NCBI GenBank assembly: GCA_022825665.1
Contig: JAJDWI010000010.1
Span: 2,912 to 66,911 of the forward strand
Direction of reading: 5' to 3'
Origin: Candidatus Poribacteria bacterium
Lineage (GTDB): Bacteria > Poribacteria > WGA-4E > WGA-3G
Length of the DNA: 64,000 nt
Both the position numbers and the translations under genes were made by a program. The notes beneath the pieces were generated by a model. That model was not told where the DNA came from and made no database searches. It saw only the letters and a program-made list of their open reading frames with translations. This document shows positions 47,367 through 55,361 of the stretch, piece by piece. Position 1 is the stretch's first letter, and every line of letters begins with the position of its first letter.

Positions 47367-48692
47367 TTGAAACCATTCTTATTATTTTTTATTATAATCG
47401 GTGCTGGAAGTTCTATACCTATAACAATACTTATCAGTTTGTTGGCATTTGCTGTACTTGTATGCCTTGTCCTGTCAGCATTCTACTCCGGTTCAGAAAC
47501 AGCCCTCGTCTCTGTCAATAAAACCTACATTAATCAACTTGTTGAAACTGAAGATACAAAGGCAAAAATAATCCATCGTATAGTTGATTCACCCGATAGA
47601 ATGCTTGCTCTCGCTTTGGTAGGAACAAACCTTGCTAATGTCCTGATTTCACTATTTGGTGATCGCTTGACTGTAAATATATTACCTGAACTTCCAGAGA
47701 ATTTACAAAGTTCAATTTCAGTTATATACATAACTGTTTTACTGCTTATCTTTGGTGAAATCCTTCCAAAGACTATATTTCGGGTTAAGGCAGATGTTCT
47801 TGCACTCCGTTTCGCTTATGTTTTACGGTTATCTGAGTATGTATTAGCACCTCTTATTGTATTTGTGCAAACAGTGACTAAATTTCTCGTCAAAATAATT
47901 GATAGAGGTACGAATCAAACAAACCCCGATGCACAACGCGAAGAGTTACGGTTACTTGCTACAATGGGTGAACAATCAGGTAACTTGCTAGCAGAACAGC
48001 GGCGAATGATCCACAGTCTCCTCAACTTCCAAAACCGGACTGTTGCACAAGTTATGGTCCCCCTTGTTGATATTGTGGCAATTGAAAAAACAACTAAATG
48101 TGAAGAATTTTTACAAATTGCTGCTGAGTCTGGATATTCCCGGATCCCTGTTTATGAAGGACGTATTTACGATATTGTTGGTATTGTCAATCTTTTAGAT
48201 GTTATATATGCAGATAATCTACCTGAAACGGTAGAACCGTTTATCCGTACAGATCTGCATGTCGTGCCTGAATCCAAGAATATCAACTCTCTACTAAAAG
48301 AAATTCAGAATACGCATCATACGATGGTATTCGCTGTTGATGAATACGGTGGCACTGTTGGACTTGCAACTGTGGAAGACCTTGTTGAAGAGATAGTAGG
48401 TGAATTTGCCGATGAACGCGATGACCCTGATTTGGTCCGTATTATCGCACCTGATATCCTTGAATGTGAAGGAAGAACTGAAGTTGACATTTTGCAGGAG
48501 CATTACGGACTTTCTATTCCACAAGGTGATTACGAAACGATTGCTGGCTATATCCTTGAACGGACAGGAACTATACCCGAAACTGACTCAGAACTTGACC
48601 TTGGTGATTCGGTTATCACTATTTTAGATGCTGATACCCGCGCAATTCGTAAGATTCGTATTCGACGACGGCTTGGGAGATTCAATAGCTGA
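47367..48692 (+). CDS. CNNM/CorC/TlyC-family transporter (paralogue)
   Basis: The architecture matches the upstream gene (SGSETAL, GEILPK, CBS pair, CorC_HlyC). Confidence 0.85.
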   Translation: MKPFLLFFIIIGAGSSIPITILISLLAFAVLVCLVLSAFYSGSETALVSVNKTYINQLVETEDTKAKIIHRIVDSPDRMLALALVGTNLANVLISLFGDRLTVNILPELPENLQSSISVIYITVLLLIFGEILPKTIFRVKADVLALRFAYVLRLSEYVLAPLIVFVQTVTKFLVKIIDRGTNQTNPDAQREELRLLATMGEQSGNLLAEQRRMIHSLLNFQNRTVAQVMVPLVDIVAIEKTTKCEEFLQIAAESGYSRIPVYEGRIYDIVGIVNLLDVIYADNLPETVEPFIRTDLHVVPESKNINSLLKEIQNTHHTMVFAVDEYGGTVGLATVEDLVEEIVGEFADERDDPDLVRIIAPDILECEGRTEVDILQEHYGLSIPQGDYETIAGYILERTGTIPETDSELDLGDSVITILDADTRAIRKIRIRRRLGRFNS

Positions 48693-48715
48693 AAACTATT
48701 GGGAATTACGACAAG

Positions 48716-49030
48716 ATAGGTGTCAATTTAGTGATTCTTGTCCATCTGAATTGCTTGTTGTCTGAACCAAGATGGACAGGATTACAGGATTTCCAAGATT
48801 AGGAGTTGGTGAGTATATATTCCGTTGTCCAGGATGAAAGGTTACCTTTTGCAAAGGAACATTGGCATACAAGTCTCTTATCCTGAAAATCTTAGTTCAG
48901 ACATAATACATGTCGTAGGTCGTTTTGCTCGTTCCGACCTACGGGACTGTATGTGAACATACAGGCGAGGAAACCTCGCCCCTGCGGAATGTCCGAGACG
49001 TAATGAATTAAGCGACTACAAACACATTTC
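48716..49030. repeat. Mosaic of dispersed repeat modules
   Basis: Region 48716-48805 matches 1039-1127. tgtctgaaccaagat pairs with atcttagttcagaca (about 48889-48903). The hairpins gtcgtaggtcg...cgacctacgg and caggcgaggaaacctcgcccctgcgg, and the tail gtaatgaattaagcgactacaaac, match modules in 3953-4368. Confidence 0.8.
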
Positions 49031-49051
49031 GTTCTTTGGTGCGGTCTCACG

Positions 49052-49804
49052 TTACAATATTCCGAGCGGTGGCATTACAACAATCTCTTCTGTAACCATT
49101 CCTAATGGCTGTTGGCATACTGACAACACAGTATTTGCGACATGTTCCGGTTTGAGCATTTTTTCAAAGTCAGGATGTTGCGGAATATCGTCCCAAAATG
49201 GAGTTTCAACGGAGCCGGGTAGGACTGCTGTCACTCGGATATTCTGATGACGCACCTCAGCAGCCAGAACTTTGGTTAATGCAAGCGCGCCTGCTTTTGC
49301 AGCACAATAGGCACTTGATGCAGGAAATGCAACTTTCGCAGCGACTGAAAGCACGTTGATAATTTGTCCTCCACCATTTGCTAACAGATGCGGAAGGGCA
49401 TATTTTGCACAGAGAAAAACACCTTTCAAATTGGAATTGATGACACTGTCCCAATCTGTAGGATCAAAATCTTCAACAGTTCCAAATATTCCATTTCCTG
49501 CGTTGTTGATTAGAATATCTATATTTTGATAGGTGTCTACTGTTTGTTGTATGAGATTCTGAACAGCGTCAACATCCGTTACATCGGTGGGGACAGCAAT
49601 TGCCTTCGCGCCTGTGTTTCTTAGGTCTGCTGCGGCTTGTTCAACAACATCTCGTGTACGCGCTGCGAGAACAACCTTTGCTCCAGCACCTGCTAAGGAA
49701 TCAACTATTGCCTTTCCAATACCTTTAGATGCCCCAGTGACAACCGCAACTTTTCCTTTTAGATTATATGGTTGTAATGTGTTGATACTGTTTTGTTTGG
49801 ACAT
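49052..49804 (-). CDS. Short-chain dehydrogenase/reductase (possible sepiapterin-reductase-like role)
   Basis: It has TGASKGIG, NNAG and the YCAAK catalytic Tyr/Lys. I prefer the ATG at 49804 (MSKQNS...), which avoids overlap with folE. Confidence 0.8.
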   Translation of the reverse strand: MSKQNSINTLQPYNLKGKVAVVTGASKGIGKAIVDSLAGAGAKVVLAARTRDVVEQAAADLRNTGAKAIAVPTDVTDVDAVQNLIQQTVDTYQNIDILINNAGNGIFGTVEDFDPTDWDSVINSNLKGVFLCAKYALPHLLANGGGQIINVLSVAAKVAFPASSAYCAAKAGALALTKVLAAEVRHQNIRVTAVLPGSVETPFWDDIPQHPDFEKMLKPEHVANTVLSVCQQPLGMVTEEIVVMPPLGIL

Positions 49805-49848
49805 GTTATATCTCAATGGGTCGTTGGATAAGGGTGTGCCTACTACTA

Positions 49849-50457
49849 TTAAGAAACTTGGATACACCTCAGAAATTCAGAGCGCGTTAAACTGTCACTA
49901 CGAAAAGTGCCCCGCATAGCATTTGTTGTCATCTTTGAAGTTTGTTTCTTAACACCGCGTGCCATCATACACATGTGTTGTGCCTCCATTACGACTCCGA
50001 CTCCTGTTGGATCCAGAGTTTCTTGCAGTGCTTCAGCAATTTCGCGGGTTAAGCGTTCCTGTACCTGCAAGCGTCTCGCAAACATGTCCACAATTCTCGG
50101 AATTTTACTAAGACCGATAATCCGTTTTCGTGGAAGGTAACCGACATGGCATTTCCCCCAAAACGGTAGGATATGATGTTCACAAAGACTATAAAACTCA
50201 ATATCCTTGACAATGACCATTTCATCAAAATCTTCGTCAAAGATAGCTTCATTTAATATTTTATTTAGATCTTGATTATAGCCACTGGTTAGAAATTCTA
50301 ACGCTTTTGCTGCACGGAGTGGTGTCTTTATCAAGCCTTGACGTTTGGGATCTTCATCCAGATTTTCAAGAATCTGTGTGTAAAGCGATTCTAAATTCGC
50401 TGTCGTATCCTGCAAATCGTTTTTATGATCTGCTTCACTATCTTGCTCAGTATTCAT
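49849..50457 (-). CDS. folE: GTP cyclohydrolase I (FolE type I)
   Basis: It has [44 protein letters not shown] and HMCMMARGV. Confidence 0.9.
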   Translation of the reverse strand: MNTEQDSEADHKNDLQDTTANLESLYTQILENLDEDPKRQGLIKTPLRAAKALEFLTSGYNQDLNKILNEAIFDEDFDEMVIVKDIEFYSLCEHHILPFWGKCHVGYLPRKRIIGLSKIPRIVDMFARRLQVQERLTREIAEALQETLDPTGVGVVMEAQHMCMMARGVKKQTSKMTTNAMRGTFRSDSLTRSEFLRCIQVS

Positions 50458-50463
50458 AAATTA

Positions 50464-51294
50464 TTATGATTCTCCGTAGTAATCAAAATGGTTCTTAGGT
50501 GTTTCTCTCAAGCGTAGTCGGTGCAAAACCGCAGGTCGTAAATTCGGTTCTAACACATCCCAGAGAACTTTTACAAAGTTTTCAGATGTTGGATTGAGCG
50601 TTTCGAATTCTGGTGCATCAAGATTTAGATGTTTGTAATCAAAACGGGTATAAACCTGTTTTTCTACTGCCTCGTCAAGAACATTCAAACCAACCACCAG
50701 ACCCGTTTTCTCATCAACTTTACCTTTCACGGTAACTTCAAGGACATAGTTATGTCCATGTCCAGCAGGATTATTACACTTTCCAAAGATTTCTTGATTT
50801 TCTTCGTCAGTGAGAACTTGGCTATGTAAACGATGTGCTGCACTGAATTCGTAGACCTTAGTGTGATAAACCATCCGATCTTCCCCGTAATAGTCGACAA
50901 ATGTGGTTGAACTCTCATACAACCGTACTCGGTGCAATAACCCCTCTGTGAGAGATGTTGCGAGTCGTTGCCATATATCAATAGTGATGTTTTCACATGT
51001 CGGTAGCAAATGTGGATTCGCAGAAAAAACAGGGTGTTGACTATTCAAATGCTTATGGTCGTAATTGGCATTTACTTCCGACTTCAACAATGCATCTAAA
51101 TCCGTTAAATTTATGACCATTCCATCATTTGCGTCTACGTTGCCTTTAACCATTACCTCAAGCACATAGTTGTGCCCATGGCTATTTGGATTTGCTGCAG
51201 CACCGAACAGTTCATAGTTCTCGGTGTCGCTCAACTCAGAAATCCGATTGTAATGAGATGCTTCAAAGGCAATTTGCCGAGTTAGATAATACAT
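50464..51294 (-). CDS. Tandem (two-domain) 6-pyruvoyl-tetrahydropterin synthase, eukaryote-like PTPS
   Basis: The second half (FGKCNNPAGHGHNYVLEVTVKGKVDEKTGLV) nearly matches the mammalian PTPS motif CNNPNGHGHNY. The first half (FGAAANPNSHGHNYVLEVMVKG) has Ala in place of the catalytic Cys. Confidence 0.85.
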   Translation of the reverse strand: MYYLTRQIAFEASHYNRISELSDTENYELFGAAANPNSHGHNYVLEVMVKGNVDANDGMVINLTDLDALLKSEVNANYDHKHLNSQHPVFSANPHLLPTCENITIDIWQRLATSLTEGLLHRVRLYESSTTFVDYYGEDRMVYHTKVYEFSAAHRLHSQVLTDEENQEIFGKCNNPAGHGHNYVLEVTVKGKVDEKTGLVVGLNVLDEAVEKQVYTRFDYKHLNLDAPEFETLNPTSENFVKVLWDVLEPNLRPAVLHRLRLRETPKNHFDYYGES

Positions 51295-51328
51295 GGGACA
51301 TTTGAAAATAAGTGTTTATCAAAGACAC

Positions 51329-51622
51329 TTAATGTGTTTGTGTTGGTGTTGGTGTTTTGAGTTCATCACCAACCGATTCGTATTGAACCGTCATGACCCA
51401 TTCGCCGGTTCCTCGCAATTGCACGTTGCATTTCTTCAACCACTCAATGAGTGTAATTTTATCACGCGCTTCCCATTCGCATATCATTCTTCCTGATAAT
51501 GTATCACACAACACACGGATGTTATTGACATCATCGTTCGCTTCTTCTTGGAATCGTTTCAGTAGTCGTGTTACATCTTGCCGTGTCATACATGCGATTG
51601 CGTGTGCAGAAAGTAATCTCAT
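51329..51622 (-). CDS. Small hypothetical protein, possibly DUF4242-like
   Basis: The ATG at 51622 (MRLLSAH...) is preferred. The pattern IRVLCDTLSGRMICEWEARDKITLIEWL weakly recalls DUF4242. Confidence 0.3.
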   Translation of the reverse strand: MRLLSAHAIACMTRQDVTRLLKRFQEEANDDVNNIRVLCDTLSGRMICEWEARDKITLIEWLKKCNVQLRGTGEWVMTVQYESVGDELKTPTPTQTH

Positions 51623-51682
51623 AATGACTCTTTCGCATTTGCCATAAAAATAGAGTAATATCAACACTACCCCATTTTATAT

Positions 51683-52531
51683 TTAATCACGCGCAATAGG
51701 TGCACCGACCAGATTACCCCATTCTGTCCAGCTGCCATCATAGTTGCGAACTTTCTCATAACCGAGTAGGTATTTTAGGACAAACCATGTATGCGATGAA
51801 CGTTCACCAATTCGGCAATAAGCGATTGTCTCTTTGGTATTGTCTACACCTGCGCCGCCGTAGATAGTTTCTAATTCATCATGAGACTTAAATGTGCCGT
51901 CTTCAGCGACCGCGGTTGCCCATGGGATATTCGCTGCGCCGGGGATGTGTCCGCCTCTTTGTGCTGTCTCGTTCATTCCTGGCGGTGCAATCACTTCACC
52001 AGAAAATTCTGCGGGTGAGCGAACGTCAACAAGATTGATAACACTTTGCTCAAGTGTAGGTAGAATATTGTCTTTTGTAGCACGGACGTTGTCATCTGGA
52101 AATTTTGCTTGATACCCAGTAGCAGCATAAGAAGGAACGTCTTTAACAAGGTCTCTGCCTTCATCAATCCACTTTTGTCGCCCACCGTTCATCACTTTTA
52201 ACAAGCTTTCATCGTGTCCATAGTAGCGGAATTGCCACAATGCATAAGTAGCGAACCAGTTGTTGTTATCACCATAGAAAATGACGGTGGTGTCGTTTGC
52301 TATACCGCTGTCGTTGCAGAGTGCTTCAAACTGATCTCTTGTTAGGATATCGCGTCGAACTTGATCGCAAAGCTGCGTCTGCCAATTCAATCCGACTGCT
52401 CCAGCAATATGTCCTTCTCCATAAGCAGAGGTATCCACATCCACTTCAAGTAGACGGATACCAGCATCACTGCCGTGTTCCGCGACCCATTCCGTACTTA
52501 CTAACACATCTGGATTAGCGTAATCAGCCAT
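51683..52531 (-). CDS. Two-domain rhodanese (thiosulfate sulfurtransferase type)
   Basis: It has the active-site loop CRIGERSSHTWF in the C-terminal rhodanese domain. I prefer the ATG at 52531, which lies 8 nt after GGAGGA, over the TTG at 52570. Confidence 0.85.
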   Translation of the reverse strand: MADYANPDVLVSTEWVAEHGSDAGIRLLEVDVDTSAYGEGHIAGAVGLNWQTQLCDQVRRDILTRDQFEALCNDSGIANDTTVIFYGDNNNWFATYALWQFRYYGHDESLLKVMNGGRQKWIDEGRDLVKDVPSYAATGYQAKFPDDNVRATKDNILPTLEQSVINLVDVRSPAEFSGEVIAPPGMNETAQRGGHIPGAANIPWATAVAEDGTFKSHDELETIYGGAGVDNTKETIAYCRIGERSSHTWFVLKYLLGYEKVRNYDGSWTEWGNLVGAPIARD

Positions 52532-52697
52532 ATCTGTCTTTCCTCCATTTACCGGACTCTGTCCGGACAATAATCATAAGTAACTTATGTATATAAATAT
52601 CGCATTAATCGTATTCATGCTTGTAATTGTTTATATTATACGCTTTTGAATTTGATTTGTCAAATATTGGTGGTTTTTCTCAGGATTATTTATAGTA

Positions 52698-53006
52698 TAT
52701 CTTAAAAATCGTTTACCCGATCTCTGCAGAAGATCATATCTTCATCGTAGGGGCGAGGTTTCCTCGCCTCAGAATCAGAAAGGGAGTTTCTAATCGGGCG
52801 GGGAGACTCCGTCCCTACAAGTGATTTATGAGATACGCTCGCTCCGACCTACAGGACTGAATGTGAGAATGCGGGCGAGGCAACCTCGTCCTACGATGTT
52901 GTCTGAACCAGGATTTACAGGATAAGAGGTCGCGATACGGAGAGTTCTCCTACAAAGGGAAGCTTAATATTGAAAATAATAGGATTTGGAAAACTAAATG
53001 GCTCTA
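52698..53006. repeat. Mosaic of dispersed repeat modules
   Basis: Region 52698-52836 is a short version of the 3953-4368 element, with the same ends (tatcttaaaaatc...gatttatgagata). Hairpin + CTAC modules follow, then a 78-bp module (52929-53006) that matches 55219-55296. Confidence 0.8.
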
Positions 53007-53015
53007 TATTTGCAC

Positions 53016-53044
53016 TTGTCACACTTCCTTATAAATGCTAAACT
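53016..53044 (+). promoter_or_regulatory. Sigma70-like promoter (TTGTCA-17-TAAACT) abutting the 53051 start codon
   Basis: This is a hexamer match. The -10 element ends 6 nt before the ATG and no SD sequence is visible, so the transcript could be leaderless. Confidence 0.35.
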
Positions 53045-53050
53045 GAAAAC

Positions 53051-53956
53051 ATGAGAGTTTTTATTCAAATAGGTCATGGCATTATTGGAGCTGGTGTAAT
53101 ATCGTTCCTCTGTATCTTCCAAGCAGGTAGTTTCGGTGAAGCGCGGCATACTATTAGCATCATAGGGGCAATTGCTATTCTTATTGCAAGTCTCTATCTT
53201 CTGAGAAGTCGTTGGATACGGTGGGGGAATCGACAGTTATGGCTAAAATACCATCAACGGCTTGCGTCTCTTGGTCTGTGTCTTGTGCTGTTCCATTCTG
53301 CATTTTATCCGCTTGCGTGGCATTCGTGGCTAACCTTTATTCTGGCATTGTCAAATTTAGGCACAGGAATAGCCGTCAGTCTTACTGCTCGTAAAACACG
53401 CCAGATACTGCTGAGATTCCATCTCATACTCGCACCAATTCTGTTGATTAGTATAGTCTTTCACGGACAAGCAAAACTTGACCATGATGACTTCTTTCCA
53501 CTTTCCGATGTGCATGATGTTCCGTGTGCGAAATGCCATACATCTGATCCCTTACTTTTTCATGTTGATACCACACCACAAAATGATTTGGACACTTCGG
53601 ATACGATTCCAGAAGATTTACATTGGTGGTTCATACAACACGATATAAAGATATCTCCGTCTGCTAAAATATCGGTCAGGGAAATCAGCAAGACATGGAA
53701 AATTGATGATGAAGAAAATCACCGTAGTTATATTGCCAAGAAAAAAACGGATCAACTTGCACTCTTTGCCGATTCTCCTTACCGCAGTTACACCTGCATC
53801 ACCTGCCACGAACATAACACACCAGAAATAATTTCTGCCCATGAACTGCACGGTGTTACTGATTATCACAGATGTCTTGTTTGTCATCAGACTGAATTAA
53901 ACGGTACACGATACGGCAGACAACGCACAAATTGGGACTACGACCCGAATTGGTAG
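53051..53956 (+). CDS. Membrane protein: 5 TM helices with conserved-looking His residues, fused to a C-terminal tri-haem c domain
   Basis: TM helices span about aa 1-140 (LVLFHSAFYPLAWHSW, ISIVFHGQ). Three CxxCH motifs are present: CAKCH 159-163, CITCH 249-253 and CLVCH 275-279. Confidence 0.5.
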   Translation: MRVFIQIGHGIIGAGVISFLCIFQAGSFGEARHTISIIGAIAILIASLYLLRSRWIRWGNRQLWLKYHQRLASLGLCLVLFHSAFYPLAWHSWLTFILALSNLGTGIAVSLTARKTRQILLRFHLILAPILLISIVFHGQAKLDHDDFFPLSDVHDVPCAKCHTSDPLLFHVDTTPQNDLDTSDTIPEDLHWWFIQHDIKISPSAKISVREISKTWKIDDEENHRSYIAKKKTDQLALFADSPYRSYTCITCHEHNTPEIISAHELHGVTDYHRCLVCHQTELNGTRYGRQRTNWDYDPNW

Positions 53957-53970
53957 ATTCCCCAACCAAT

Positions 53971-54009
53971 AAAAAAGGCTTGAACCCAGTGTAATACCGA
54001 ATTCAAGCC
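53971..54009 (-). terminator. Rho-independent terminator for the LamG gene
   Basis: The ggcttgaa/ttcaagcc stem (53977-53984 and 54002-54009) is followed on the minus strand by a T6 run (A6 at 53971-53976 on the plus strand). Confidence 0.5.
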
Positions 54010-54035
54010 AACAACAAAAACTGACTTCTAAAGTA

Positions 54036-54818
54036 TTATTGTGCCTTAATGTTTCCCCAAGTTGTTGTGAGTTTGTCAGCGGGTTTCACATCAAGAAATC
54101 CACCGTCTTTAACCTCGTTAATCTCATTTTCGGATAAAGCACGACCAAATAGGTAGTACTCATCCAGCAATCCAATATACCAACGATCATTTTTATGATG
54201 TCCGATTCCTGCTGTAACACTCCAATCATCTGATAGTTTTCCGTTGCCTTTCGCAGCGTGAGTTTCCTTACCATCAACGTAGATTTTTATATCTCCGCTA
54301 CCGCTATCATAAGTTCCAGCGAAATGGACCCATTTATTGGCTTCAAGTACAGGACCCGGGTTGATATTAAAGACTTCAGTGTTTGTGTTATCACGATGGA
54401 AAAATCTAAAACCGGCAGGACGAATTTCCATGTGGTAGAGTCCGCTTGCATGTCCCCCACCTATTGCGTCAAGCAGCGTTTGTGGATTGCCGGAACCGGT
54501 ATGGTTAACCCATACTGCCAGTGTGAATCCATCAACCGGACCGTTCTTAAATTCCGGTCCATTCATATTTATCCACACGTTGTTCTCTAACTTAATAGCT
54601 TTACCAATAACACCTTCCTCCCAATCAGTCTGTCCTTCCAATTTTCCATCGTTACCGTTCGGTGATCCATCTTCAATAGTTCCACCTTCTTTGTCAAAAC
54701 TATAGTAGACAGATAAGGCAGGGTCTTTAAGGTCAGCATTGACCGAGAGTACAAACGCTCCCATAAATAACATTACGATTATATAGATGTAAATAGATCT
54801 TATCATATCAAAACGCAT
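54036..54818 (-). CDS. Secreted LamG (Laminin_G_3, concanavalin-like) domain protein
   Basis: It has a signal peptide. GNDGKLEG...W.EGVIGKAIKL, FTLAVWVN, WVHFAGTYD and IYVDG are typical of LamG_3. The C-terminus is VKPADKLTTTWGNIKAQ. Confidence 0.75.
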   Translation of the reverse strand: MRFDMIRSIYIYIIVMLFMGAFVLSVNADLKDPALSVYYSFDKEGGTIEDGSPNGNDGKLEGQTDWEEGVIGKAIKLENNVWINMNGPEFKNGPVDGFTLAVWVNHTGSGNPQTLLDAIGGGHASGLYHMEIRPAGFRFFHRDNTNTEVFNINPGPVLEANKWVHFAGTYDSGSGDIKIYVDGKETHAAKGNGKLSDDWSVTAGIGHHKNDRWYIGLLDEYYLFGRALSENEINEVKDGGFLDVKPADKLTTTWGNIKAQ

Positions 54819-54840
54819 TATGTTCTCCTATATGTTTTCT

Positions 54841-54961
54841 AACGTGAGTTTGATAATAGGTATATGAACTTCATTTTTCAAAAAATCACCCTTATAGACC
54901 CCGGTAGATGCGATTTCCTAACCGCACCGAATATAAAAATCTGATCTATCAAACTCACGTT
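54841..54961. repeat. 121-bp TIR-bounded MITE-like element
   Basis: It has perfect 15-bp terminal inverted repeats, aacgtgagtttgata (54841-54855) and tatcaaactcacgtt (54947-54961). The interior ggtagatgcgatttcctaaccgcacc is related to the 39650-39705 modules. Confidence 0.7.
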
Positions 54962-55218
54962 TTTCTATTTATAAATAGGCAGAGAAATGATATCCTAACA
55001 GGATTATCAGATGATCAATTCTCATGCAAATCGTTCCATAGACTGTTTATTACCAATTCTCTGGTATGAGTAATTTCTATCCTTCAATCCTTATGCAACA
55101 GTACTATGAGACATAAAGAATTGTCCTAAATTTATCAGATAACAACATTTTTATCAAGTAATATTAAAGTGAGGCAGAGCCATTCACTTTTCGTTAATTC
55201 ATAGAAATATATCGTAAA

Positions 55219-55296
55219 GTCGCGATTCGGAGAATCGCTCCTACAAAGGAAGGCTTAATATTGAAATGAATAAGATTTGGAGAACTGAATGGCTCT
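55219..55296. repeat. 78-bp repeat module (gtcgcgattcggagaatcgctcctacaaagga.ggcttaatattgaaa...ggctct)
   Basis: It has about 85% identity by eye to 52929-53006, in the same orientation. Both copies end about 10 nt before a promoter-like -35 hexamer. Confidence 0.85.
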
Positions 55297-55304
55297 CTGC
55301 TAAT

Positions 55305-55333
55305 TTGACAACCTTACCTTGATGTGATAGAAT
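55305..55333 (+). promoter_or_regulatory. Sigma70-like promoter (TTGACA-17-TAGAAT) for lpdA
   Basis: The -35 is exact, the spacer is 17 nt and the -10 is good. It lies 29 nt upstream of the ATG, with AGGAG at 55352-55356. Confidence 0.55.
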
Positions 55334-55361
55334 TGTATTCATTCAGAGAATAGGAGCAGAT

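Noticed and set aside
53051-53956. I considered this gene as the missing MsrQ partner of MsrP.
   Set aside because: It bears no resemblance to the MsrQ sequence pattern as I recall it. It has c-type haem motifs instead, and it lies 46 kb from msrP.
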